DNA of 30,760 bases from a virus (lineage: Duplodnaviria; Caudoviricetes), in IMG/VR virus record IMGVR_UViG_3300037311_000093, positions 1-30,760 of that record. The stretch is one strand, 5' to 3'. This document shows positions 7,532 through 16,888 of this stretch, piece after piece. The stretch's first letter is position 1. Each line of letters begins with the position of its first letter. Under the pieces are notes generated by a model that searched no databases, was not told the origin of the DNA, and was given only the letters and a program-made list of their open reading frames with translations. Both the position numbers and the translations under genes were made by a program.

Positions 7532-9054
7532 GCTGGCGCGAGCGCCTAGCGCGCCTCATCGCTCCGCCGCCGGCTCCTCGAGGACCTCGTGTGGCACTCG
7601 CCTACGACGGCGCTACCCGCGCGCGCCGGGGCAGCTCGTTCCGCGACAGCACCCTCGACGCCACCTCAGAGATACAGGCCGGCCACGCGCGCTTGCTCAT
7701 GCGAAGCCGCGAGCTGGTCAGGAACAACCCCCACGCGGCAAAGGCGATCCGCGTTTTCGCCAGCTACCTCGTGGGCCCCGGCATCAAGGCCCGCATCACC
7801 CTCGACGACGACAGGCGCACCCGCCAGCTCCAGCAGCTCTGGGACGACTGGTGCGCGCAGTGCGTCCCGGGGAGCCGCGCCGGCCTCAGTGGACTCCAGG
7901 TCTTGCTGGCGAGGTCCTGGTGGGAGAGCGGCGAGGTCCTCGTCCGCCGGCGCATCCGCCGCCTGGAGGACGGGCTCCCTGTGCCCATGCAGCTTCAGGT
8001 CCTCGAGAGCGACTTCCTGGACAGCTCGCAGACGAAGACGCTGGCAGACGGCCGCGTGGTGGTGGGCGTCGAGTTCGACCCCCTCGGCCGCCGGCGCGCA
8101 TACCACATGCGGCGGACCCACCCGGGGGACCAGCTCGGCGCCTTTGACTCCACGGTGGTGGTGGTGCCCGCCTCCGAGGTCTGCCACCTCTACGAAGAGC
8201 TACGCCCCGGCCAAACCCGCGGGGTGCCCTTCCTCACCAGCGTCATCCTCCGGCTGCACGAGGTGCAGGCGTACGACGAGGCGGAGCTCACCCGGAAGCG
8301 GGTGGACGCCTGCGTGGCCGCCTTTGTGCTCGCGCCCGCCGACGACGGCACCGACGCCAACGACAGCGGTGACAAGCTCCTCATCACAGACTCGGAAGGG
8401 CATACGCTCAGGCACATCGAGCCCGGCATGTTCCACGTTCTTCGTGGTGGCAGCGACGTGAAGATGCACGTGCCCGCCGCCTCGCCGGGCTACGAGGGCT
8501 ACATGACCGTGGCCCTTCGCACCATCGCCGCGGGCTGCGACATGCCCTACGAGCTGCTGTCCGGGGACCTCAGCAAGGTCAACTACAGCTCGCTGCAGTT
8601 CGGGATGGACAGCTTCAAGGCGAGCATCGTGCAGCTCCGCGACACCCAGCTCGTACCCCACGTCCTGGCCCCAACGTGGCAGTGGTTCGCCGACGTGGCG
8701 GAGGCCTCCGGCGCCTTCCGGTTTCGGGCCCCCGAGGAGAAGCGCCAGGTGGCGTGGGTGCCCCCGCCGTGGCCGCGGGTGGACCGCAAGGGCGAGGCCG
8801 AGGCCACGCTCAAGGAGCTCCGCCTCGGGCGCACCACCCTGCGTCGGGTTGTGGCGGAGGATGGTTGGGACTGGTCCGCCTACCTCGCCGAACAGAAGGG
8901 CATCGTGGATGACCTCAAAGGCGCCGGCCTGCTCTTCGACAGCATCCCCGCGCTGGCCACTGCGCAGGGCCAGTCGCCGAGTGCAGGCGCGAGTCCATCC
9001 GTAGCTCCGAGCCCCGGGGGTGGGGCAGGCTCGGATTCCTCGGAGGAGCCATGA
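7528..9054 (+). CDS. Portal protein, lambda family
   Basis: YDGA, RSRELVRNNPHA, GEVLVR, GVEFDPLGR, RPGQTRGVP, LSGDLSKVNYSS. Confidence 0.96.
   Translation: MSWRERLARLIAPPPAPRGPRVALAYDGATRARRGSSFRDSTLDATSEIQAGHARLLMRSRELVRNNPHAAKAIRVFASYLVGPGIKARITLDDDRRTRQLQQLWDDWCAQCVPGSRAGLSGLQVLLARSWWESGEVLVRRRIRRLEDGLPVPMQLQVLESDFLDSSQTKTLADGRVVVGVEFDPLGRRRAYHMRRTHPGDQLGAFDSTVVVVPASEVCHLYEELRPGQTRGVPFLTSVILRLHEVQAYDEAELTRKRVDACVAAFVLAPADDGTDANDSGDKLLITDSEGHTLRHIEPGMFHVLRGGSDVKMHVPAASPGYEGYMTVALRTIAAGCDMPYELLSGDLSKVNYSSLQFGMDSFKASIVQLRDTQLVPHVLAPTWQWFADVAEASGAFRFRAPEEKRQVAWVPPPWPRVDRKGEAEATLKELRLGRTTLRRVVAEDGWDWSAYLAEQKGIVDDLKGAGLLFDSIPALATAQGQSPSAGASPSVAPSPGGGAGSDSSEEP
8990..9015 (+). repeat. Dispersed motif, copy 2
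   Basis: Identical to 7225-7250; ends 35 nt before the capsid ATG. Confidence 0.95.
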
Positions 9055-10964
9055 CCATCGGTCCAAACATCGGCATCAAATTGGGCGGGGGGTCGTTCGA
9101 CCCAGAGAAGCGCACCGTCACGCTGAAGTTCAAGACCAGCGAGATCGTGCCCCGCTACGACTTCTGGAAGGACGAGGAATACGATCTCGAGCTTCTGGTC
9201 ACCAAGGATGCCGTAGACCTCACGCGCCTCGACAGCGGCCACATGCCTGTGCTGCACGCCCATCGCAGTGACTCGCTCGAACACGTCCTGGGCTACGTGG
9301 TGGCCGGCAGCTTCGCCGTTGTGGACGGCGCCGCCACCTGCGTCATGCGCTTCGTGGACCCGGAAGTGAACCCGCTAGCGAAGCTCGCCATGAGCCACCT
9401 CGCAGACGACTTCAACCTGCCGCTGTCGGTGGGAGCGCTAGTCCTGGAGCAGGAGACGCTCGAGGGCGCCAACAAACGCAAGCTCGTGCGGGTCACCAAG
9501 TGGCAGCCCTACGAGATTTCCGGTGTGCCCGTCGGAGCCGACAGCCAGGCACAGACCCTAGCGCCGCAGGTGCCACCCGCCCCTCGGCCAGAGCAGCCCA
9601 CGCAAGAGCAGCAACAGGAGAACAAGATGACTGAGCAAGAGCTCATGGCAAAGGGCGCCGAGGCCGAGCGCGAGCGCCAGACCCAGATCCGACAGGCCGC
9701 GAAGACACTCAACCTCGCCGCTGAGGGGGAGCGTCTCTGCGCTAGCGGCGCGACCCTGGAGGCGGCGAACAAGGAACTCTTCCGCCTTGCCGACGAGCGC
9801 GAAGCGGCCACCTCGCAGCAGACCAACATTCAGATGGGCAAGGACCACGGAGACAAGGTCGGCGAGCTCATGGTCGAGCACTTGGTGTCGCGGATGACGG
9901 CGAAGCCGGTGCCCGAGACGCACAAGGAGGCCGAGCAGTTCCGCGGGATGACCGTCACCGAGCTCGCGCGCGAGTGCCTCTCTAACCGCGGCATCAGCAC
10001 CCGCGGGCGGAGCAAGGCCGAGGTCATCCAGGCCGCCATGCGCATGGGCGCCAGGGACGGCGCGGAGGTGAAGCTGGGCGCTCACTCGAGCGGCGACTTC
10101 CCGAACGTGCTGGGCTCCGCGATGGGCCGTGTCCTCATGGCCGCCTACCGCGGGACGGAGGTGAGCTATCCCCGGTGGGCTCGCCGCGCGGCCAACTTTT
10201 CGGACTTGCGCACCCGTAAGCCCATCGTGTTCGGGGAGGCGCCGGAGCTGAAAGCATTGCAGCCCGGACAGCCCTACAGCCTGGGCACCATCAAGGAAGG
10301 GGCTGAGGAGATGGCGATGGTCAAGCGTGGCCGTATGCTCTCCATCACCGAGGAAGCCCTCATCAACGACAACCTCGATGCTTTCGGTCGAGTGGCGCAG
10401 TCGTTTGGCCGCGAGGGCCGACGCACTGAAAACATCATCATGTGCGGGCTTCTCAAGAACAACGCCACGATGTCTGACGGCATCACGTTGTTCCACGCGG
10501 ACCACGGCAATCTCGCCGGCACCGCTGCGGCGCCGGACGCCACGAGCATCGACCTGCTCATCCAGCAGCTCGAGCTCCAGACGTTTGACTCGCGCGTCAT
10601 CGGGCAGCGCGCGGGGACCATCCTCGCCGGCACCCGGCTGCGCCTGAAGATCGGACAGGTCCTCGGCCGGCAGTACCAGCCGAACACCGCCAGCAATGTA
10701 GTGCCGGGGTACATCGCTGATCTGCAGGACGTGTACGACACGGAGCTCGATGCAGCCCTCGCCTCGGCGAAGCCCTGGTACCTCATCGCTAACCCCGAAA
10801 CCGGCAATGCCCCCGAGTACGCCTACCTCGACGGGCAGGAGGGCCTGAGCGTCTCGCAGGAGTCGGCCTTCGAGGTGGACGAGCTCCGCATCAAGGCGAA
10901 GCTCTACTTCGCCGCAGGCATCCCCGACTGGCGGGCCGTGGCAAAGAACGAAGGCGTGGTCTGA
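9051..10964 (+). CDS. Prohead protease / major capsid fusion protein
   Basis: GGAGGAG RBS; protease motifs PVLHAH, LSVG, WQPYEISGVPVGAD; scaffold-like AERERQTQI; capsid motifs HSSGDFPNVL, ITEEALINDNL, LFHADHGNL, EYAYLDG. Confidence 0.93.
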   Translation: MTIGPNIGIKLGGGSFDPEKRTVTLKFKTSEIVPRYDFWKDEEYDLELLVTKDAVDLTRLDSGHMPVLHAHRSDSLEHVLGYVVAGSFAVVDGAATCVMRFVDPEVNPLAKLAMSHLADDFNLPLSVGALVLEQETLEGANKRKLVRVTKWQPYEISGVPVGADSQAQTLAPQVPPAPRPEQPTQEQQQENKMTEQELMAKGAEAERERQTQIRQAAKTLNLAAEGERLCASGATLEAANKELFRLADEREAATSQQTNIQMGKDHGDKVGELMVEHLVSRMTAKPVPETHKEAEQFRGMTVTELARECLSNRGISTRGRSKAEVIQAAMRMGARDGAEVKLGAHSSGDFPNVLGSAMGRVLMAAYRGTEVSYPRWARRAANFSDLRTRKPIVFGEAPELKALQPGQPYSLGTIKEGAEEMAMVKRGRMLSITEEALINDNLDAFGRVAQSFGREGRRTENIIMCGLLKNNATMSDGITLFHADHGNLAGTAAAPDATSIDLLIQQLELQTFDSRVIGQRAGTILAGTRLRLKIGQVLGRQYQPNTASNVVPGYIADLQDVYDTELDAALASAKPWYLIANPETGNAPEYAYLDGQEGLSVSQESAFEVDELRIKAKLYFAAGIPDWRAVAKNEGVV

Positions 10965-11038
10965 TAGGACGGACGGCCGCAAGTGCCCGGTGCTGAGCCG
11001 GGCCAACCAACGCGCAAGGAACGGAACGGAGAGGAACG

Positions 11039-11842
11039 ATGAAGAACTACATCCAAAGCGCCGCCCGCCTGCAGCTCGCCGCCCCTTCGACGGTCGCCAG
11101 CGGAGCGCTGGTCACCGCCGGCAAGGAGCTCGTGGGCGTGGCGCTCGATGGCGCCTCGAGCGGGCAACCGCTGGTTATTGATACGGAGGGCGTCTACGAG
11201 CTGGCCAAGCTCTCGGGTACCGCCTTCGCAGTGGGGGACCGGGCCTACTGGAACGGCTCGGCCGTCACCATCGTCCCCACCGCCCTCTACATCGGCACGG
11301 TGGTGGAGGTCGCGGCGGATACCGCGGTGCTCTGCAAGGTGATGCTCGCGAAGAGCCGCAACGCCAACACCCTGCTCCGCAACCCCATCAACTTGGTCGC
11401 GAAGCACGATGCCTCGGCCGCGTCCAACGGGACGGCCATTCTCGCCTGCTTCCAGCAGGGCGGCCGGCCGTTCCTGGCCAGTGCGCTCGCGGGGTCGGCC
11501 AGTGTGTGGCTGTACTTGGCGAGCTCGGCTGATGCGGTGCACTGCACCTACAACGCCAACCCCGCCAGCAACCTAGCCGGCGTGGCGGTCTACATCGACC
11601 ACGACGCCGCCGACGGCTTCGCGCTGCGGATGGTCTCGCCCACCGGCTTGGACGTGCACCTGCAGACGGCCACCGGCCGGGTGCTCACCATCAAGCACGA
11701 CGCCAACGCGGCCAGCGTGGGTGTCCAAGCCTACGCGGACCACGACGCGGCGGCGGCGGCGCGGGTGCTCTTCGTCTCGCCGGCGGCGGCGGACCTCAAC
11801 ATCCCCACCAGTGGCCTGGTGGCTGCGCTGCTGGCCATCTGA
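11039..11842 (+). CDS. DUF2190-family capsid cement protein with a C-terminal extension
   Basis: MKNYIQ...VASGALV...GVAL...EGVYELAK...GDRAYW directly after the capsid gene, plus about 160 extra residues. Confidence 0.8.
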   Translation: MKNYIQSAARLQLAAPSTVASGALVTAGKELVGVALDGASSGQPLVIDTEGVYELAKLSGTAFAVGDRAYWNGSAVTIVPTALYIGTVVEVAADTAVLCKVMLAKSRNANTLLRNPINLVAKHDASAASNGTAILACFQQGGRPFLASALAGSASVWLYLASSADAVHCTYNANPASNLAGVAVYIDHDAADGFALRMVSPTGLDVHLQTATGRVLTIKHDANAASVGVQAYADHDAAAAARVLFVSPAAADLNIPTSGLVAALLAI

Positions 11843-12162
11843 TGGGCTTCCGTCACTACGCCTCGCTCTGTCATGCCGCGGTCCGCGATGTCTTCGCGGA
11901 GCCTGCGACGTACAGGCGGGGCGCAGTGACCTACACGACGCGGGCCATCTATCGCGAGCGCGCGATGACGGCCCTTGTCAATGAGCAGGGAATCAAGGTG
12001 CGCACGGTCTCGCCCACCGTGCGCATCGTGCGCACCGACCTCGAGGTCACACCCCAGGAAGGGGACGTGCTCGAGGTCGCAGGCTCCACCCTCCGGGTCA
12101 CGGAAGTGGAGTCGGTGGACAAGATGAGCTGGGACCTTCACGTGGTGGAGCTCGAGGAATGA
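11842..12162 (+). CDS. Head-tail joining protein (gpFII-like)
   Basis: Position; VFAEPATY...PQEGDVLEV...RVTEV pattern. Confidence 0.7.
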   Translation: MGFRHYASLCHAAVRDVFAEPATYRRGAVTYTTRAIYRERAMTALVNEQGIKVRTVSPTVRIVRTDLEVTPQEGDVLEVAGSTLRVTEVESVDKMSWDLHVVELEE

Positions 12163-12707
12163 GGTCGGAGGACATCCGCGAAGGGGTGCGCTCGAGGCTG
12201 CTCAACAAGACCGCAGCAGCCGATCGGGTGTACTCCGCTCGCGGTCCGGCGGTGGCGGACGGCAAGCTGCCTGCCATCACCGTGGAGGTGCCCGCCAAGG
12301 AGGGCAGCTCCACGAGCATCTCCATCCCTCGCTTTACTACCTCGCGCACCATCCACGTAGGCATCGCCGCGCCGGCCTACACGACCGACGCCGACGAGGC
12401 CTCCCGGGCCATCGTCGAGGACATCGCGGACGAAGTCCTGGACCTGCTCATGGGGGATGCGACTTGGGTTCGCCTGTGGTCCCGGGTCACGAAGTTCTCC
12501 GTCGATTGCGAGCAGGTCAAGGACAGCAAGAAGACCATCAACATGGGCGCGGTGCTTCTCGAAGTGGAGCTCCAGGAGTGGTGGGACCCGGTCCAGGTGG
12601 TGGGCGACGACGCGGCCCGCCTCGAGGGCATCGACGCCACAATCCAGACCGGCACCACACCGGCCAAGTCCTTTGACGGCGTGGTCGAGTACCCCGAGGA
12701 GGACTGA
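12159..12707 (+). CDS. Putative tail terminator / neck protein
   Basis: IREGVRSRL...TAAADRVYSAR...LPAITV; position between head-tail joining and sheath genes. Confidence 0.65.
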   Translation: MRSEDIREGVRSRLLNKTAAADRVYSARGPAVADGKLPAITVEVPAKEGSSTSISIPRFTTSRTIHVGIAAPAYTTDADEASRAIVEDIADEVLDLLMGDATWVRLWSRVTKFSVDCEQVKDSKKTINMGAVLLEVELQEWWDPVQVVGDDAARLEGIDATIQTGTTPAKSFDGVVEYPEED

Positions 12708-12904
12708 TGCTCCGCGTACGACCAGCAAGCGGCGCCGCGATGCGCGACCCGCAGACCGGTGCCTGGCTCCCCGCCGAGGGGGGCTTGGTACCCGAGACTC
12801 AATACTGGCTGCGCCGTATCGCCGATGGGGCGGTGGTGGAGCTGAGTGACGACGAGCCCGAGCAGGGCGAGGTGACCGATGGCGATCTCGAGCCAGTTCA
12901 ATAA
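12707..12904 (+). CDS. DUF2635 / Mu gp38-like protein
   Basis: VRPASGAAMRDPQTG.WLPAEG..VP...YWLRRIADGAVV, directly before the sheath gene. Confidence 0.85.
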   Translation: MLRVRPASGAAMRDPQTGAWLPAEGGLVPETQYWLRRIADGAVVELSDDEPEQGEVTDGDLEPVQ

Positions 12905-14363
12905 CCTGCCCTCTCCGCTGCGGGTCAACCTCTTCGCCGCGGAGTTCGACGCAAGCCAGGCCGGGACGCCCACGCTCGAGCAGCGAACGCTGCTCATCGG
13001 CCAGGCCCTCGGCTCGAACTACGTGGCGAACGTGCCCGTGCAGATCACCCGCGAGGCGGATGCCATCGCCCTGTTCGGGGCGCGCTCCGTGCTTCGCCAC
13101 ATGGTGGCGGCCTACCTGAAGGCCGACCCCGCCGGCGACCTGTGGTGCATTCCGCTCGCGGACCATGGGTCCGGCGTGGATGCCACCGGCACGGTCACCT
13201 TCACGGGCCCCGCCACCGCCGCGGGCCGGATGGCCATCTACGTGGCCGGGCGCAAGTACGAGCTCGTCATCGCCAACGAGGCGACGGCGACTCAGATCGC
13301 TACCGCGCTCGTGGCTGCCATCACGGCCGACACCGACGCCCCGTTCACCGCGGCCAATAGCTCGGGCGTGGTGACCATCACCGCGGCCAACGCCGGCACG
13401 GTGGGCAACGGAATCGACATCCGCGCCAACTACGGCGGCCCTGCGGCTGGCGAGGTCACCCCTCCCGGCGTGGGTGTGAGCATCGTGGCCATGGCTTCGG
13501 GGGCGACGGACCCGTCCATCTCGAGCGCCATCACCAACATGGGCGACGAGAACTACGACTTCATCGGCATCAGCCACGCTGTGAGCGCGTGGACCACCGC
13601 GCTTGCTACCGAGCTCGGCGAGGTCACCGGGCGCTGGAGCCCGCTGCGCCAGGTGTACGGTGGTGTCTGGACCGGTCGCGTGGATTCGGTATCCAACTTG
13701 ACCACCTTCGGCGGCACGGTCAACGACCCGGCTTTGAGCGTCATGGGCATCACTGGCACGCCGACGCCGCCCTTCATCATCGCGGGCGCCTACACCGGCG
13801 CCGCGGCAAAGTCGATCCGCGCGCACGCCGCCCGGCCGCTCCAGACGCTCGAGCTACCCAATGTGCTGCCGCCGGCGGCGGGAGCGGGGCAGACCCTCAC
13901 GGAGCGCAACACGCTCCTGGGTGTGGGCATCTCCACCGCTCGCGTGGTGGGCGGCAAGGTCCAGGTGGATGTAGCGGTCACCACCTATCAGACCAACGCC
14001 AGCGGCATCGACGATGACGCCTACATGCACCCCGAGACGCGCTACACGCTGATGCACTCCTGGCGGACCATAAGGGCCGACCTGGCCACGAAGTACGGCC
14101 GGCACATCCTGGTCAACGACGGCACTCGTCTGGGCGCTGGAGTGGCGGCTGTCACTCCGTCCATCATCAAGGCGGAGATTCTCTCGACGTACCGCAAGCT
14201 CGAGCTGGCGGGGTTTGTAGAGAACTTCGACTTCTTCGCGGCCAACCTCATCGTCGAGCGCAACGCCACCAACCCCAACCGGCTGGATGCCCTCATCCCG
14301 CCCGACGTGGCCAATCAATTCAGGCAGTTCGCCAGCCTGGTTCAGTTCCGGCTGCAGGCATAA
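12879..14363 (+). CDS. Contractile tail sheath protein (Mu gpL-like)
   Basis: LRVNLFAAEFDASQA, LLIGQ, RWSPLRQVYG, ARPLQTL, ERNTLL, LIVERNATNPNRLD. Confidence 0.95.
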   Translation: MAISSQFNNLPSPLRVNLFAAEFDASQAGTPTLEQRTLLIGQALGSNYVANVPVQITREADAIALFGARSVLRHMVAAYLKADPAGDLWCIPLADHGSGVDATGTVTFTGPATAAGRMAIYVAGRKYELVIANEATATQIATALVAAITADTDAPFTAANSSGVVTITAANAGTVGNGIDIRANYGGPAAGEVTPPGVGVSIVAMASGATDPSISSAITNMGDENYDFIGISHAVSAWTTALATELGEVTGRWSPLRQVYGGVWTGRVDSVSNLTTFGGTVNDPALSVMGITGTPTPPFIIAGAYTGAAAKSIRAHAARPLQTLELPNVLPPAAGAGQTLTERNTLLGVGISTARVVGGKVQVDVAVTTYQTNASGIDDDAYMHPETRYTLMHSWRTIRADLATKYGRHILVNDGTRLGAGVAAVTPSIIKAEILSTYRKLELAGFVENFDFFAANLIVERNATNPNRLDALIPPDVANQFRQFASLVQFRLQA

Positions 14364-14375
14364 GGAGACACGACC

Positions 14376-14741
14376 GTGGCAAGCAGCACTGCAGTGGCCG
14401 GCAAGGCCAGCATCAAGTGGGACGGCAACCTCCTCAGTGTCGCGGGCTCCTTCACCGTCTCGCCGCTGGCGCAGATGCGCGAGGGGCTCGTCGGGCTGGG
14501 CGGGGTGGCCGGGTACAAGGAAATGCCCCGCATCCCCTTTATGGAGTGCGAGGTCTACACCACTCCCGACTTCTCCCTTCTGACCGTCGGCGCCATCCGG
14601 CAGGCTACCGTCGTGGCGGAGCTCGCCAACGGCCGCGTCTACACGCTGGTGGACGCCTGGCTCGCAGGCGAGCCGGACATCAGCGCGGGAGACGGGACCA
14701 CGACCCTCCGCTTTGAAGGCAAGGAGTGCATCGAGCAATGA
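14376..14741 (+). CDS. Tail tube protein (Mu gpM-like)
   Basis: AAGGAG RBS; VAGKASIKWDG, GYKEMPRIPF, AELANGRVY, LRFEG. Confidence 0.92.
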   Translation: MASSTAVAGKASIKWDGNLLSVAGSFTVSPLAQMREGLVGLGGVAGYKEMPRIPFMECEVYTTPDFSLLTVGAIRQATVVAELANGRVYTLVDAWLAGEPDISAGDGTTTLRFEGKECIEQ

Positions 14742-15061
14742 GCATGGAACTTCGACGCGAGGCGTCTGCCGAGGAGACCGTTGCGGTCTACACGCTGAAG
14801 ACGCCCATCGTTCTCAAGGGCATGGACGCAATCACTGTCCTGCGCTTCCGGGCGCCGACCATGGGAGACCTAAAGGGGCTGTCCATCAAGGACCTCGGGG
14901 AGGCGCAGTGCGACGCATGCGCGACCCTGATGGGGCGCCTCACCGGGCTCGGAGAGGTCGAGATCGGACGCATGCAGCCCAGCGACTTCTTCGATGCCTG
15001 CGGGGTCATGCTCCCTTTGTTCCAGGCCCCCGCGACTTCCGGCGCTGGAGATGCTGGCTAA
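14738..15061 (+). CDS. Tail assembly chaperone (Mu gp41 / P2 gpE-like)
   Basis: YTLKTPI...LRFRAPTMGDL...LTGL...MQPSDF; between tube and tape measure genes. Confidence 0.85.
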   Translation: MSMELRREASAEETVAVYTLKTPIVLKGMDAITVLRFRAPTMGDLKGLSIKDLGEAQCDACATLMGRLTGLGEVEIGRMQPSDFFDACGVMLPLFQAPATSGAGDAG

Positions 15062-15174
15062 GCGTCCTCGCGCAGACGTATCGGTGGGGCCCTAACGAAG
15101 CCTTGCGCATGACCCTGGCTGACGTGGTGTGGTGGGCTGAGCTGACCCAGGAGGCACAGAAGAGTGGGCGCTAA
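15013..15174 (+). CDS. -1 frameshift extension of the tail chaperone (gpE+E'/gpGT-like)
   Basis: In-frame slippery heptamer C CCT TTG at 15013-15019; the -1 frame reads LAQTYRWGPNEALRMTLADVVWW, resembling gpE'. Confidence 0.75.
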   Translation, partial: PFVPGPRDFRRWRCWLSVLAQTYRWGPNEALRMTLADVVWWAELTQEAQKSGR

Positions 15175-16888
15175 GTTCCCCATCGTGGCGGTCATCTCAG
15201 CCCTGGACCAGGCGACCGGGCCCCTACGTTCCATCGGCCGGCGGGCCGCCTCCGCGTTCAACTCCACGTTCTCCAAGGGCGCTACCGCGCTCACCGCCTT
15301 TTCCGCAGGCATCGGCCGCGCCACCGTGGGCATGGCCAAGCTCGGCGCCGCCGCCGGCGCTCTTGGTGCGGGCGCCCTGGGCGCAGGCCTGCACTCCATC
15401 GCCGAACGGGCAGACGCCATCGGCGAGACGGCCCTGAAGCTCGGCGTGACCACCGAAGCTCTCCAGGAGTGGAGGTGGGCAGCGAAGATCGGGGGCGTCG
15501 AGGCGGAGACCTTCGAGAAGGCCCTGCAGAAGATGAGCATCGGCATGGCCAACGCCCGGGCCAAGACCGGGCCACTGGCCAAACTCCTCGAGGAGATGCC
15601 CTCCGCGTTTCGTGCCCAGGTCCTCGCCACCAAGGACAACGACGAGGCGCTGACGCTGTGGCTCGCAGCCCTCAACAAAATCCCCGACGCGGGTAAGAGG
15701 TCCGCGCTCGCGGTCAAGGTGTTCGGCAAGGCCGGCCAGGACATGGCGCTGATGGCGGACAAGTCCGCCGAGGAGATCGCCGCGCTGCGCGCCGAGGCGC
15801 GTAGCTTCGGACTCGTCACTGACGACGGGGCCGCCGCCGCCGGCGACTTCCTAGACGCTCTGGACCGCTTGAAGCTCTCTGCCGCAGGTCTCGGCGCTAC
15901 CATCGGGAGCAGCCTGTTCCCTGTACTCAGGCCCCTGATCGAGGGGCTCACCGGGTGGGTGGCGGCAAACCGAGAGCTAGTGGCCGCTCGGGTCGCCGAC
16001 TGGGTGACGAGCGCCGGCGAGGCCCTCGCTCGCATCGACTGGTCCACGATCGGTGCGGCGGTCCACTACCTCAAGGCAGGCTTCGGCGGGCTTGCGGACG
16101 TACTCTCCGGCGCGGAGGGGACGTGGGCTGCGGCGGCCGTCGGCCTCGCCGCCCTTGGTGCAGTCATTGCTGCCAATCCGATTGCTGCCGCTACCGTGGG
16201 CTTTGTCGCCCTGGCTGGCGTTATCAAGGAGCACTGGGAGCCGATCAAGGCGTGGTTCTCGGCACTCTGGACGCGGCTGCGCACGATCTTCGGCGCTGCG
16301 GTGGACTGGATGGGCGATGCGTGGGAAGCCGTGTGGGGCGGCATCAAGTCCGTCTTTACTGGTGTGCTTGAGTTCTTTGGCATCCACCTCGGCGCGTTGG
16401 CGGACGTCTTCACATGGGGCATTGGCCTGGCGGTCAAGGCCATCGAGCTCCTGGCCCCGGACTGGCTCAAGGCCGCATGGAGCGGCATCGGCGACTGGTT
16501 CGGCGACTTGTGGGACGGCGTGGTCGGCGTCTTCGGCTGGGCGTACAAGGCCATTCTGGGGTGGGTGGACAAGATCATGGGTCTGGTGGACAGCGCCATC
16601 AACGCCGTCTCCGACCTCACCGGCAGCATCGACCCCGAGACCCGACACCGCCAGAAGCTCCAGGGCTCGTCGGTGGTGGAGTCTATGCGGGCGCTCGAGC
16701 GCCTCAGCCCCGCCCTCGAGGAGCAGACCCGCCGGCTCGAGTACGCCATGACGGTCGGAGGCTCGCTGGACATCCGCGTGGCCGGCCCTGCGGGTACTCG
16801 AGTAACGGGCCTCGAGACTGCCAACCCCCAGGTCCCTCTCCGCGTGAACTTCGCTACGGGCCGCCGCGCCATCGGGGCGACGCCATGA
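15164..16888 (+). CDS. Tail tape measure protein
   Basis: ISALDQATGPL, LGVTTEALQEW, VFGKAG, Trp-periodic repeats (HWEPIKAWFSALW). Confidence 0.92.
   Translation: MGAKFPIVAVISALDQATGPLRSIGRRAASAFNSTFSKGATALTAFSAGIGRATVGMAKLGAAAGALGAGALGAGLHSIAERADAIGETALKLGVTTEALQEWRWAAKIGGVEAETFEKALQKMSIGMANARAKTGPLAKLLEEMPSAFRAQVLATKDNDEALTLWLAALNKIPDAGKRSALAVKVFGKAGQDMALMADKSAEEIAALRAEARSFGLVTDDGAAAAGDFLDALDRLKLSAAGLGATIGSSLFPVLRPLIEGLTGWVAANRELVAARVADWVTSAGEALARIDWSTIGAAVHYLKAGFGGLADVLSGAEGTWAAAAVGLAALGAVIAANPIAAATVGFVALAGVIKEHWEPIKAWFSALWTRLRTIFGAAVDWMGDAWEAVWGGIKSVFTGVLEFFGIHLGALADVFTWGIGLAVKAIELLAPDWLKAAWSGIGDWFGDLWDGVVGVFGWAYKAILGWVDKIMGLVDSAINAVSDLTGSIDPETRHRQKLQGSSVVESMRALERLSPALEEQTRRLEYAMTVGGSLDIRVAGPAGTRVTGLETANPQVPLRVNFATGRRAIGATP

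Noticed and set aside
10985-11003. Terminator after the capsid gene
   Set aside because: GCCCGG/CCGGGC stem is short and has no U-tract; at most a stabilising hairpin.
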